DNA of 64,000 nucleotides from Dendrobates tinctorius (GCF_039654945.1 NW_027361792.1:4092001-4156000); one strand, 5' to 3'. Shown: positions 37,149 to 50,631, counted from the stretch's first letter. Numbers and translations: made by a program. The notes: generated by a model not told the origin, from the sequence alone.

Positions 37149-37199
37149 GTAGGAAACTGGCTAGTAGGAGCAATGCCTAGTAGAAGACTTATTATTTCT

Positions 37200-40100
37200 G
37201 TCTGCCCTAAACGAGAGAAACGCTTTGCACACACATTTGTTGTGGGTGGTGTTCAACCTAAGTTTCTTCTGGTAATTACTCTGATCTGCTCCCTGTCCAC
37301 ATTTTCCGCTAAGGCTTTTGTGGATTCGGGAGCAGCTCTGAACCTGATGGACTTGGATTTTGATAAACGTTGTGGATTTCCTATGACACCTCTGCGGACA
37401 CCTATCCCTTTGAGGGGTATTGATGCTACTCCTTTGGCGAAGAATAAACCTCAGTTTTGGACCCAGGTGGTAATGCGGGTCACCCCAGACCATCAAGAAA
37501 ATTGCAGATTTTTGGTGTTGCATAATCTGAATGATACCATTGTTTTGGGGTTTCCCTGGTTGCAAATATATAATCCAGTTTTGGATTGGAAATCAGTGTC
37601 TGTGGTGAGTTGGGGTTGTCGGTGTGCCCTTAGTGACGCTCCTGTTTTCTCCACCTCTCCCCAGTCGCATGATGTTCCTGACTATTTGGCTGACTTTTAT
37701 GATGCATTTAGTGAGAATGAGTCTGCGTCTTTGCCTCCTCATAGGAGTTATGACTGTGCAATTGAGCTGAGCCCTGGATGTAAATTTCCCAAGGGTCGAC
37801 TTTTCAATTTATCTGTACCAGAGCACGAGGCTATGCGATCCTATATTAAGGAGTCGTTGGAGAAGGGTCATATTAGACCATCCTCTTCACCCTTAGGTGC
37901 TGGTTATTTTTTCAAGGCCAAGAAGGATGGTTCATTAAGGCCTTGTATTGACTATCGTTCCCTCAACAAAATTACTGTTAAATATCAGTATCCGTTACCC
38001 CTGATTTCTGATCTATTCTCTAGAGTTAAAGGTGCTTGCTGGTTTACCAAGCTTGACCTCAGGGGGGCGTATAATCTTATTCGCATTAAGCATGGGGATG
38101 AATGGAAGACGGCGTTTAATACTCCAGAGGGACATTTTGAGTACCTGGTGATGCCTTTTGGGCTCACTAATGCCCCTTCTGTCTTCCAGTGCTTCATGAA
38201 TGATATTTTCCGAGACTTTGTGGATAAATTTTTGATCATCTATCTGGATGATATTTTGATCTTTTCCAAGGATTGGGACTCTCATGTGGAACATGTTCGG
38301 ACTGTGTTCCGGATTTTGAGGGAGAATTCCCTATATGTCAAGGGATCTAAATGCCTTTTTGGGGTACAGAGGATTTCATTTTTGGGATTTATTTTGTCTC
38401 CGTCAACTATTGAAATGGACCCGGCCAAGGTACAGGCCATTTATGATTGGGTTCAGCCCACTTCTTTGAAGGCCCTCCAGAAGTTTTTGGGTTTTGCTAA
38501 TTTTTATCGTAAATTTATAGCTAATTTTTCTGGTATTGCCAAACCATTGACTGATTTGACTAAGAAGGGTGGTGATGTGTTGAATTGGCCTCCGGAGGCT
38601 GTTTCTTCCTTTAGGGAGCTAAAGTGAAGGTTCACTTCTGCTCCGGTTTTGCGGCAACCTGATGTCTCACTCCCGTTTCAGGTAGAGGTGGACGCTTCTG
38701 AGATTGGTGCAGGAGCTGTTTTGTCCCAAAAAGATCCGGTAACATCTAAAATGAATCCCTGTGCTTTCTTTTCCCGAAAGTTCTCCCCATCTGAACGTAA
38801 CTATGATGTGGGAAATCGGGAACTGTTGGCCATGAAATGGGCATTTGAGGAGTGGAGACATTGGTTGGAGGGAGCTAGACATCAAGTCGTGGTCCTTACT
38901 GACCACAAGAAATTGATTTACCTGGAGTCGGCCAAACGCTTGAATCCTAGACAGGCTAAGTGGGCCTTGTTTTTCACACGTTTTGATTTTGTGGTCTCTT
39001 TTCTTCCAGGCACTAAGAATGTCAAAGCAGACGCCCTCTCTAGAAGTTTCTTTGCTGATTCTCCTGTTGTGACCAAGCCTGCTACCATCTTAGGTGAGGG
39101 GGTAGTTCTTCCTGCCATCTCGCCCGATTTGAGACGTGCTCTGGAAGTGTTTCAGGAGGACAAACCTGAGCGTTGTCCCATTGGAAAATTGTATGTTCCT
39201 GACCAGTGGAGGAAGAGAGTGATGTCTGAAGTTCATTGCTCTGCATTGGCTGGTCATCCAGGTATTTTTGGTACTAGAGATTTGGTGAGTCGGTCCTTTT
39301 GGTGGCCCGCCTTGTCTCGTGATGTCAGGAGTTTTGTGCAGTCCTGTGGGACTTGCTCCCGGTCTAAACCTTGTTCTCGCTCTACTGGGTTGCTGATGCC
39401 TTTGCCGGTGCCCAGGAGGCCATGGACCCATATTTCAATGGATTTTATCTCTGATATGCCTGTCTCTCAGAGAATGACTGTTATTTGGGTGATAGATTCT
39501 CTAAGATGGTCCATCTTGTACCACTCCCTAAGTTGCCATGTTCCTCAGAGTTAGTGCCCTTGTTTTTGCAACAGGTGGTTCGCTTGCACGGGATTCCTGA
39601 GAACATTGTATCTGACAGAGGAGTTCAGTTTATTTCTACATTTTGGAGGACTTTCTGTTCCAAGCAGAGAATTCAGTTGTCCTTCTCCTCTGCGTTTCAC
39701 CCTCAGACCAATGGGCAGACGGAGAGAACAAACCAGACTTTGGAGTCGTATTTGAGATGTTTTATTTCTGCTGATCAGGATGATTGGGTTTCATTTTTGC
39801 CCTTGGCCGAATTTGCTTTAAATAATAGAGCTAGTTCTGCCACTTTGATGTCACCTTTTTTTTGTAACTTTAGGTTTCATCCTCGATTCTCTTCAGGGCA
39901 GGTGGAGTCTTCTGCCTGCCCAGGTGTTGACACTGTGGTGGAGAGAATGCACCAGATCTGGGACCAAGTGGTGGATAGGTTGTCTCTCTCCCAGGAAAAG
40001 GCCCAGCGGTTTTCCAACCGTCATAGGACCATTGGTCCCCAGTTTAAGGTGGGTGATATGGTTTGGTTGTCATCAAAGAATATCTCTATGAAGGTGGCTT

Positions 40101-40509
40101 CTCCAAAGTTTAAACCTAGATTTATTGGACCTTACAAGATTTTGGAGATTCTTAATCCTGTCTCTTTTCGATTGGCTCTTCCTGTTACATTTAAGATCCA
40201 TAACGTGTTTCATAAGTCTCTGTTAAAGAGGTTTGTTGAGCCAGTAGTTCCTGTGGCGGCACCTCCTGACCCTGTATTTGTGGAAGGTAATGTGGAATAT
40301 GAGGTTGAGAAGATACTGGATTCTCGCCTGGCTAGACGGAGACTCCAGTATTTGGTTAAATGGAAGGGTTATGGCCAGGAGGATAATTCTTGGGTCCCTG
40401 CATCCGATATTCATGCCGAAAGATTGGTTTGTGCTTTTCATCGGGCCCATCCTGATCGTCCTGGTGGCGTGGATGAGGGTTCGGTGACCCCTCCTCAAGG
40501 GGGAGGTAC
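37200..40509 (+). pseudogene. Gypsy pol: protease, RT, RNase H, integrase, chromodomain (stop at 38625, frameshift near 39490)
   Basis: Motifs FVDSGA, LRPCIDYR, YLDDILI, VEVDAS, ERNYDVGNRELLA, H..HPG..C..C, SDRG.QF, HPQTNGQTER, GPY and EYEVEKILDSR..YLVKWKGYG.EDNSW. Confidence 0.95.
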
Positions 40510-41132
40510 TGTTGTGAGTTCATTTTCCCCTTCACCGTTGATGTCTGATGAACTCCCTCTGCTGGTGAAGAGAGGTAGTGAAATTGATTGGGTTGAGAAG
40601 AACCTGTCATCTGAACAGGTGGAGCCTGATTGGACACCCGGAATCACTGAGTGGATATAAGGCAGCCGACGCCCTACCGGGGTGCTGGTGATCCTTTCTG
40701 CTCTGACCTCTTGCAACCAGTTAGTCCTGTCTACTGAAAGCTAAGTTTTTGCTCTCTTATTTTTCCATGAGATTTTGTCTGTTTGCTTCGTGTTTTGTGT
40801 TCAGCCTGCCTTTGTTGGGAAGGGCTGAGCTCCATTTTTGTCTCTGATCAGTTTATCTCTTTTTCCCTATCAGACGGTTTGGACATTTTTGGTAGGGTTT
40901 TTTGCGGATTGCAGCCAGCATCTTTTCTGTCCTTTCCTATTTAGTTAGTTGGGCCCCATCGTTTGCTCAACCTGTCTTTCTGTCTGTGTTTTCATCTGCT
41001 TTTCACCGACAATACATGTTGGGGGCTGTCTATTGCTTTGGGGTCTGCAATCCGATAGCTACCAACCTCTCCGGTTTTCTGGACTTAGCTTGTATTTTTG
41101 TTTTTTCCTCCTTCGGTGACTCATTCATAACA
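40510..41132 (+). repeat. 3' LTR
   Basis: Follows the PPT and matches the 5' LTR. Confidence 0.95.
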
Positions 41133-41674
41133 GGCCAGCATAGTACATAGCCCAGCATAGTTCATAGCCCAGCATAGTATACAGTCCAGCACAGTATTTA
41201 GCCCAGTACGGTATACAACCCAGCACAGTATACAGCCCAGCATAGTATACAGCCGCGCCCCCAAATGGCCCCACAGTCCGGTACTTACACTGATATATAT
41301 AAAAAAAAACAAAACACTATTCTCACCTTCTCCTCATGCCCGCGCTGCTCCGGCTTCTGTCTCCTGCTCTGCCTGGCACACAGTGAGAGCGCGATGATGT
41401 CATCGCACACCCGCTGTGTCAGAGGCAGAGTGGGGAATCATGGGAGAGGGAGCGTTGGCAGACGCTCTCTCCTACATCATTGCTTTGAACTGTACCGGCA
41501 GTCGCCGGTATAGTTCAATGCGGCGGCGGGGGGAGTCGGCGCTGGAGGCAGGCGGGCCCCCCTGCCTCACAGCGGCCCCATAGCGGCTGTGTGATGTGAT
41601 GCTAGCTGGGGGCCCCTGGGGGAGTGGTGGCCCTAGGCAGCTGCCTGGTCTGCCTGCACCTAACGCCGGCCCTG
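41133..41674 (+). mobile_element. Remainder of 15-bp satellite followed by hAT-like non-autonomous element end
   Basis: Satellite units run to ~41255. A GC-rich segment then ends in CCGGCCCTG, a hAT-like terminus. No left TIR was found. Confidence 0.5.
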
Positions 41675-42106
41675 CCTACACGCAACCTTCGAACCTCTCA
41701 AGATCTCCTTCTCTACTCCCCTCTTATCTCTTCCTCCCACAACTGCATACAAGACTTCTCCCGTGCTTCCCCCATACTCTGGAACTCTCTGCCGCTACAC
41801 ATCAGACTTTCGCCTACCACAGAAACCTTCAAAAGGAACCTGAAGATCCACCTCTTCCGGAAAGCCTACAACCTGCAGTGATCCTCAGTCTACTGAACCA
41901 CCGCATGACCAGCTCTACCCTCTACTAGTCTATTGTCACCCATCCCCTGTAGACTGTGAGCCCTCACGGGCAGGGTCTTCTCTCCATTTGAACTTGTGAG
42001 TGCCTTGTATTGCTCATGTTTATTATACTTGTCTTTGTATGCCCCTTTTTCACATGTAAAGGGCCATGGAATAAATGGCGCTATAAAAATGAATAATAAT
42101 AATAAT
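41675..42106 (+). mobile_element. L2 LINE 3' end
   Basis: PTRNLRTSQD..QDFSRASPILWNSLP..FKRNLK.HLF.KAY*, then a 3' UTR and (AAT)n tail. Confidence 0.85.
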
Positions 42107-42218
42107 TTAGGGGCCCCTAAAGCGCCAGGACCACGGTGTGATTACCATTTATGTCTCAGGTTATCTAATCTCGTAACTCGTCTGAAATATCCCCATCTAA
42201 TAAATGTTTGGTCACGTA

Positions 42219-43475
42219 TGTAGGGGGTGGACTGACCCATGGACCTGTCTGAGATGGAAAGAATATGAAAAGGATGATGTGCATTATGCTTTATTGTATA
42301 TGTATGGTTAAGGCCTGTTTCACACATCAGTTTTTTTGTGTCAGTTAAAATCCGCCAAAATGGCGGAAAGCGGATCCATTGTTAACTGATAGGAACGGAT
42401 GCCACCGGACCGTTATTTGTGACGGATCCCCCGAATGAAGAATTTTAAAGGAACCGCTGCCCGGGAAGAGGAGAGAGAGCGAGAGAGCGAGAGCGAGAAT
42501 TTTTTCTGTCCGCCAGAAATGATTTCAGGGTTAAATTTCCGCCTCACTTCATTCTTCCGGGCATGCGCACTATAAAAATGCGGATCCTTCAGCACAAAAA
42601 ACGTTACATGGTCCATCCAGGCACCTCGGCAGACGCGAAAAAATTGACGGATCCGCAAAAAAACGGATCCAACGGATGGCCATCCGTCAAGATCCGCCGG
42701 TAATGCAAATCAATGGGGAAAAAAACGGATCCGCCCAAAAAAATGGTGGATCCGTTTTTTTGCAAAAACGGCGGATTTTGACTGATGGTCAAAGACGGAA
42801 GTGTGAAACAGGCCTAACAGCTGGGAATTAGTGCAGGACGACGTAGTACCAGATTTTGGCCACAAGATGGAGACAGAGAGCAGTGAGTAAAGGACTTAGC
42901 AGCAGGCATTAAGCTGGGGAAACTGCATAGTCATGGTGGGCGGAGTGACGGGACTGAGAAGGGGATTTCCAGAAAGAGGAGATATAAGAGAGGAAAGTCC
43001 CAGGGGCAGGGGAGAGACACCCACTGGGAAGAAAGAAGTGAGAAGAGCACAGGAGAGGAGAAGCTCAGGAAGGACAGAGGAGAGCCATAGACAGTTACTC
43101 AGAGAGGGGGGTGGCCCTGAGGAGGCAGCCGCAGGAAGGGACGGCAGCGACTGACGGAAGGTTTGGGTACCAGACGGCTGGGACACCGAAGAGTGAGTAG
43201 GTGTACAGCGGTAAGACTTAGTAAGGGGGAAGCGCTGTGGCCGTGGGCCTAACGGCAGCCACGGTGAAAGAACCCGGAGGGTCGTCGCCAATCGAAGCAG
43301 AAGGAAGGTGACAGGTACCCAGGCCAGGGAGCAGAAAGCTGGTGTGTCTGCTGTGGATGTCAAGAGGACACCGAATAAAGTTTGGACCTGATTGAATGGA
43401 TTTTTGCCTCTGCCTCCAGTCTGTTCTGCGGCCGAAAGGAACTACCCCCCAGTTGGCACACGCACTAGACTAGCA
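42219..43475 (+). mobile_element. Probable solo LTR (related to 60135-60841), interrupted by a MITE
   Basis: Starts TGTAGGGGG. TATAA at ~42983. The AATAAA..GGACCTG..TGCCTC block resembles the reverse complement of 60180-60240. No TSD resolved. Confidence 0.5.
42312..42814. mobile_element. PIF/Harbinger-type MITE
   Basis: TAA TSD and TIR GGCCTGTTTCACAC. Longer relative of 7271-7651. Confidence 0.8.
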
Positions 43476-45412
43476 TCATGTTAGGCATGATAAGTAAGAG
43501 GGGAACATTCATATTTTTATCTTTTTCTACATTTTAATAAGATTTGCATAAAGCAATAGTACATGAAAGTATAAGAAACTTTTGAATTTATCTTATGAAA
43601 GATACATGCATTTTCACCACTTATGAGCCACTTCTCATTGAACTCCTCCTTCACTGTAAAAGACTAAAATCTGTCTTCGGCTAAACAAGATGGATTGCCA
43701 GCTCACTGAGGGATCTCATTACAGTGACCCAATTGAAAACAGGCAGAGAGACTGCATCCTTCAAGTATAGCCTCATTCAGACGTTTATGTTTCACGTACA
43801 AGTTCTATTTGCATTTTTACTAGAGCGATCACATACCCTTTATAGTCTATGGTGCAGTCCACATGTCCATATTTTTAACGATAAATGCATTTTTTTGATG
43901 GACCCATTCACTTGAATAGCAAGTTTAATTTGCAAATCAGATCAAAAACAGACAGCACTGAGAGGCAGAAATTAATATACAGCTACACTGCTGAGTACTG
44001 CATTATAATATATTCCATGCAGTTGCTTCCTGGCAGAGAGCATTTCTTCTTACTCCAGTACCAGCTACACTGCCTAGTCCTGCTGTATAAATGTCCTCCA
44101 TTCTGTTGCTTTCTAGTAATTAATCTCACTCCACAACTGGATTCACAGCTACACTGCTCATACTGTTGTATAATGTCCTCCATGCTGTGGCTTTCTAGTA
44201 TTTAATCTCACCCCCACAAATGGATTCACAGCTACACTGCTCATACTGCTATACATACTATAATATCCTTGATTCTGCTGATTTTGTTATACCTAGGACT
44301 GATGGTCATAATGATCATCTGGCTCAATAATCTGGTAACAAATGGATACTGTCTCCATACTAGTGCCACAATCACTATTCACGATCATGGATTATAAGGG
44401 TTTAAACGCCATTGCTTCAGATTGGCAGTTTTCAATCACAACAGGTGTGGTCACGCAACCACAGAACCATAAATGTGCCACGCTAGGTGCTAAGCACAGA
44501 CTCCCAGATCTATACGTGTGGACAACAGATTAAAAATATGTTCATATAACTGTGCTAAGCAGAACTGGAATTTCCAATTCTTCCTTAACATGGGATACTT
44601 GGCTGACTTCAAGGATTGTATAAACTCGTGTTAGGTGGCACTTCTGTCATTCTGCCCGAGACAAAGTATGCCGCATAGATATGAACATAAATACACCCAA
44701 CGCTCACATTACCGGAAGTGTCAGATGATCAAAATGTCTGAAATGCTGCTGCAACAGCGTAGACCCGCAGATTGTGTCAGGATGTCATGGTACGCAGCCT
44801 TAAAAATACACTGCAGAGACACGGATCACACGAAGAATGCCACTCCTCACTTCCCTCCATTGATGTCACGTCTTAAGACCTTTACTTATCTTACGTTATC
44901 ATTTCTCATACAAAGAGCCATAGAGCCCCATAGCAAAACGGGGAATTACATCCCACTCTCCCATGACTATCTTTACACTTTTTTGCTTCTTTTCTTTTGC
45001 ACTTTCTTGTTATCATTTAATGAATACGTGTTTTACATATGCTGAAATTAGTCTTATAAAGAAAAGTCCATGGGAAAACACATAAAAAAGTTCCCAGGTG
45101 TCCATTTGCACAGTACAGGAAAGTGCAGCAGACTGTGTTTTCCAATGCAGAGGATCACCACCAAACAAAGTAGCAAAGTAGCATTGAAGGAAGAAAAAAA
45201 AACTCTCCCTAAAGGAACTTCTCAGGGTTGCCTGGTTGGCTCATTATAGGCAATGGCCCACCACGTGGCTTCAAGAAAAAGTCTAAGAAAGCCAACAGGG
45301 TCCAAGCTTTTTTAGTGCCACTGCCTACTATCGTTTGGCAGAAGTCACACTTTTTTTTTACAACTTTGTGTTTTGCCGTAATTCACCTGGAAATTAACTA
45401 ATAAATTGACAA

Positions 45413-46620
45413 TTAATCCCATAACGACCAGTGGTATTTCAGTTTTTGCAATTCCGTTTTTTTGCTCTCCTTTCCAGAGCCATAAGTTTTTTATTTTTCG
45501 GTCAATATGGCCATGTGAGGGCTTGTTTTTTTGTGGGACAAGTTGTACTTTTGAACAACTCAATTGGTTTTAACATATCTTGTACTGGAATACGGGAAAA
45601 AAATTTCCATGTGTGGTGGAATTGCAAAAAAAGTTCAATTCCAAAGTTGTTTGGTTTTTGTTTTTTTTAGGCTCACTAAAGGCTAAAACTGACCTGCCAT
45701 TATAATTCTCCATGTCATTATGAGTTTACAGACACCAAACATGTCTAGGTTCTTTTTTTATTTAAGTGGTAAAAAAAAAAAGTGCCATTTTCCAAGACCT
45801 GTAACATCTCAATTTTTCGTGATCTGAGGCTGGGAGAGGTCTTATTTTGTGTGCCCCGAGCTGACTTTTTTATTGATACCACTTTGGTGTAGATATGACC
45901 TTTTAATTGCCAATTATTGCATTTTATTGCATGGTAGCATCGACCCAAAAAACGTAATTCTGATGGTTTGAATTTTTTTCTCATTACACCGATCAGGTTA
46001 AATCTCTTTTTATATTGATAGATCGGGCAATTCTGAATGCAGCGATACGAAATTTTTGTATATTTGATTTTTTTATTTTATTTTGAATGAGGCGAAAGGG
46101 GGGGTGATTTGTACTTTTATATATTTTTTTATTATCTTAATATTTTTTAATTTTTTTTTTTTTTTTTTACTTTTTGCATGCTTCAATAGTCTCCATGGGA
46201 GACTACAAGCTGCAGTACTTTGATCGTCTCCGCTACACACAGGCAATGACGAGACTGCTTATGTGTAGCAGAAATGCTTACTCGCTATGAGCGTAGACCA
46301 AGGGGCGGCACTCATAGAAATCTGGCAATGACAAACATAGACCTCTGGTTGTCATGCCGACCTATCGGTGAACTGCGATTATGCGACGGGGTCACTGATG
46401 GGCGGGATTAGCGATGTGCTTCCTGTAAGCGCGAGTTAAATGCTGCTGTCAGATTGACAGCGGCATTTAACTAGGTAACAGCTGCAGGTAGATCACAATT
46501 CCACCTGCGGCTGTTGCGGGCACATGTCAGCTGTATAGATCATGTGCCCTGAAAGGTGCGGGCTCAGCACCAGAGCCCGACATGGGAGTACTATTACTCC
46601 ACATGTAGGAAAGGGGTTAC
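45413..46620. mobile_element. Non-autonomous piggyBac-like DNA element, degenerate
   Basis: Ends are TTAATCCC... and ...AAAGGGGTTAC. A related fragment lies at ~63500-63790. Confidence 0.5.
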
Positions 46621-49600
46621 GTGATCACTCAGAAGTTACAATTTTCTTTGCATATAAGACAGATCAATTTTGATCAGTGTTTTTAAATCAATTTTTATCT
46701 GTTTCTAAGCTTCTCCTACCCACTAGTAAAAAACAAAGTAAAAGAGAAAAGGCACTCCAAGTGTGTTACCTAGTCTTGGCTTGTCACTCTCCACAAGTAA
46801 AAACATTACCCCTTAGATCTCAGTCTTAAGCTTCTCATACTTTGCACTGATGATGGGAAACTTCTACACAGCTTAAAACAAATAATTAAAACTAACAATT
46901 TATACAAGTCACATATCTAACATTTGTAGCAAACAACCATTTGTTGTATACAAATGTGAATTATTTTGAGTATATGTATGATATCTCAAAATTGTATAGA
47001 AAAGAAAAAATACACACAGAAATATATATATTTTTCCTATCTATACTAATTTTATGGTTCGGGCTGTAAATTTACTGTACTTGGCTGATGAAATGTTGTC
47101 TCTCCTTTGAGAAGTGTGTGTAAAAATCGGATGGCACATGCATGGTCCGTGTTCCATGTGATGTTTTTCTCGCACCCATTAACTTGCATTGGAAAGTCTC
47201 GTCTGATATATACGACCACTCGCAGCATTCCACAATTTTTTTCTCATTCAGATTCCAAAGGAGAAAAAAAAAAAAAAAAAATCACAGAACAGCACAGAAT
47301 CTTGGAATAACAGTCAGGGTGCAATCCGATTTTTCATTGGATTGCACTCGTCCAATTTATGCACAGATGAGAACGAGCCCTTTATACTTTCTTGTGTTCT
47401 AACAAAAAGTGTCTATATAGACTATGGCTCAAAACTCCCCTTTTGATATTATGTCTTTGTTTTTTGTCTAGTCCTTCACACATACTGTACATTGCAATTA
47501 CATTCAAGCAGATACATCACAAAGGACATTCCACAATTAAAAAAAAAAAACACATTAATATTATTTAAAGTTTCTCTGGTTGTCATTGATGTAAATGTTG
47601 AGCAGCCATGCTTTATAATCAAGCAACATTTACATTTAGAATTGTTGCTCTGAACTCATCCTTTTTATTCTGGAAAAAAGGATAACCCCCCGGTCTGATT
47701 TTAGTTGTATTATTCATTGGTTTGATTCAACTGGGAGATACATGATTTTTAAGGGTCATGTTCCTACTGGATGTCACTCTGGATAATGGACCAATGTTTG
47801 GACAATGAAGTTCTGATTGATTTGGAGGACGTTTTGAAGGTTGTTAGAAGGCTGGATTTAAATTTGCTACCATCAGGTTCAGATTTGATCTTATCATTTC
47901 TCACTGCACTGCTGGTGTTTTTTGAGTTTTCGTTTTATTATTATTATTATTATTATTATTTTTTTAAAGGCGTTCTGTCAGATTTTTTTCTGCAATTAAA
48001 TACATCTTTAAGAATATTTTTAGGCTTTTTCAAGGAATCTCCTTTCCAATATATTTGATTTGCTCAAACAAAAATAGCGAGCACAGTTCTTCCTAATCCT
48101 CCACTATTGTCCATTTGGAATATTTTTTGATCCATTTTGAAAAGTGGCCGCTAGAAAATTCAAGCTAGCTTTTGACATTGACATTTTTAAAGTGCGTCGA
48201 AAGTTACAATATTCCCCCTTCCTGTCTTTTGATAACAATCCTACCTGCACACCGACTCTATATTGTATGAGGTTTTTCACATGTCAGGGGGTTTTTTCAC
48301 TGATTGATGGCTTGCATGAAAAAAATGAAGACATGTCTACTTTGGTCTGATGCGAGGACCAAATGTGCCCATTCAAATGTATGGCTCAGTGATAAAAAAA
48401 ACGGACTGCAGACTTTAGACAAAGGTCCATGGTCCAGGTCAGTAGTTGTTGGACGTGGACAGGAGCTGTATGAATTTCCTTACCCTGTGGATTCCCAGAT
48501 TCAGCTTATGATTAGTCTTAAAGGCGAGATATCACATCAGACCAATGAACCAAATGCTGCACTGGGGAACCCAAAAGCTCAAGAAATTCATGCAACTCCT
48601 GTCCACAGCGAGAAAGGACCAACCTGGACCATGGGCTGTAGTTGCACAAAGTGATCCTCTCATTTCTCCTGCAGACGGATGGCATCCTATTTGCATCCTC
48701 GTGCTGTCTTATTTCATTAACCAATACTGGAAGAAGCCAAAAAAAAACTCCATCATTTTTTTTTTTTTGGCATACAAGATTAATAAATGATGCACAAATG
48801 GTAAAAGTAGAAACACGGATGATAAACATTACTATTCCTCACATACTCTTGGAACATGCCCCATTGCCAGGGAGAAATTTTACATCCTTTGACAGGAGGG
48901 ATAATAGAGGTACAGTACAATGCGCAGCTATTAAAAAAATTATGATTCGGAATTGGTATTTCATGAGGAATGCAAATCTTGACCAGATCAGATAAGACAG
49001 GAGAGGGGACAGGCTCTTTTTGAAAAAGTTTTTGAATTTGGGAAGAGACGGCTGCATTAAAGATGTTTATTTATTCAATCTTGTAGGACATGCTCACTAG
49101 TATCTACTTTTGGTTTCAGGCAACCACATGTAATGTCTGCATGTATGAATTATACTTGTTTGGTTACATTCTTTGCTGTTTTTTTCATATCCAATGCTGA
49201 TGGTCACTGGTGTATTTTGTTAAGACAGAAGGTTACAGGTTATATTGCAGTGGATCTAGGACTGTTTATAAAATAGTCTTCTTTTGTCAAAAGTAAAGAA
49301 GTGTAATAATAATCTTTTGTTTTCTCCACACGCTTTTTGCAGCCAATGTACAAAAAAAAAAAAATCTTCAAAAACCATGCCTAATCTGCTAACCTTGTCA
49401 AAAAGATATGGATTACTGAACTAAAAACTTTCTTGAAAACCATGTCATACTTTTCTATCTCAAAACAAACATCAGAATATTGACATACCATTTTAAAAAT
49501 TGCACCATGTCTCTTATGTGAATTTACATAGTAGATTTCATCCTTTGCAATGTGTATGAAGAAATCAATGGCAAACCTGCAACAAAATCTGCATGTAACA

Positions 49601-49784
49601 TATTCACATTACGGACTGGACAAATCCCCCTTTCCAGGTTTGCATGTAATCTGTAGATAAATGTCCTGCATTTACTATAGTAAACTCATTTATTAAAATG
49701 TAAAACTTAGAATTGTCCATTCTGTATCACACTGCGTGCACAGTCCATTCGATTGTGCTCTAGAAGATGAACAGTAAAGAAAAC

Positions 49785-50629
49785 CTGTACTAGAACCAAG
49801 CTCAGTTCAAAATACATTACCACAATCAGGCTCTGTACATAAATACAGAACCAAGACAAAACATCTTACATGAATACAGTACCAGAACTAAGCTCAGTAC
49901 ATAAATGCAGTAACACGACTAGGCACTTTAAATAAATCAGGTATCAGAACAAGTCCATTACACATTACCACAACCAAGTTTAGAACATAGTTACAAAACA
50001 GAACAAAATTTGTTATAGAAATACAGCACAATACATAAATACAGTGGCACAATATGAGGTACTCGAACAAAGCTCAGCACATAAGTACATTACCATAGTC
50101 ATGCTTTATTAATACAGTACACTGCAAACTCAGTAAACAAATACATTACTGGTACCAACCTCACTACATAAATACAGTTCCAGATCAAAACTCTTTACGC
50201 GAATACTGTACCAGAACCAAGCTCAGTAAAAACATGCCGTACTAGTTCCAAGCATAATTAATTAAGCTCAGTTCTTTTATATACAATACCAGAACAAAGA
50301 CCAGTATGTAAATAAGGTGCCAAAACTAACCTTTGCACCTAAAAATGGTAGCATAACAAAGCTCAATAAAGAAATATGGTTGCAGAAAAAACTAAATAGG
50401 GTACCAAAACTAAGCTTAATACATAAATACGAAACCAAAACTACGCTCTGTACATTAATATGGTACCAGACTGAAGCAAAATTGAAAAACACAAAAACAC
50501 ACCAAATTGAAGCACAGAATATAAACACTCTTTCAGAACCAAGTCCAGTTCATAAATATGATTCCATAACTAAGCTCAATACATTAATATGGCACCAGAA
50601 CCAAACTCATTTCAAATATACAGTACATA
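49785..50629 (+). repeat. Degenerate ~31-bp tandem repeat (ACCAGAACCAAGCTCAGTACATAAATACAG)
   Basis: Recurring AGAACCAAGCTCAG / CATAAATACAG units. The repeat continues briefly after the Tc1. Confidence 0.7.
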
Positions 50630-50631
50630 TA

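Larger units (their letters stand above)
34722..37189 (-). mobile_element. Hammerhead-ribozyme tandem element (non-LTR retrozyme-like), 344-bp monomer x~2.7, split by a CR1
   Basis: TSD TATTATTTCT at 34712-34721 and 37190-37199. Tandem monomers occupy 34722-34826 and 36366-37189. Three hammerheads are spaced 353 and 344 nt apart. Confidence 0.9.
33133..41132 (+). mobile_element. Ty3/Gypsy chromovirus (Tf1/sushi-type) LTR retrotransposon, full length, interrupted
   Basis: LTRs at 33133-33826 and 40510-41132 (TGTTGTGA...TCATAACA). Flanks GGCAAG/GGCCAG. PPT AAGGGGGAGG at 40497-40506. Domain order gag-PR-RT-RH-IN-chromo. Confidence 0.95.

Noticed and set aside
36510-37199. Repeated ~105-aa ORFs and the N-terminus of the 519-aa ORF (MKETTYAKTW...)
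   Set aside because: Incidental frames through the retrozyme monomer. True pol homology begins after the TSD at ~37190.
46841-46862. CACTGATGATGGGAAAC hammerhead-like start
   Set aside because: Helix II and helix I cannot be formed; at best a truncated relic.
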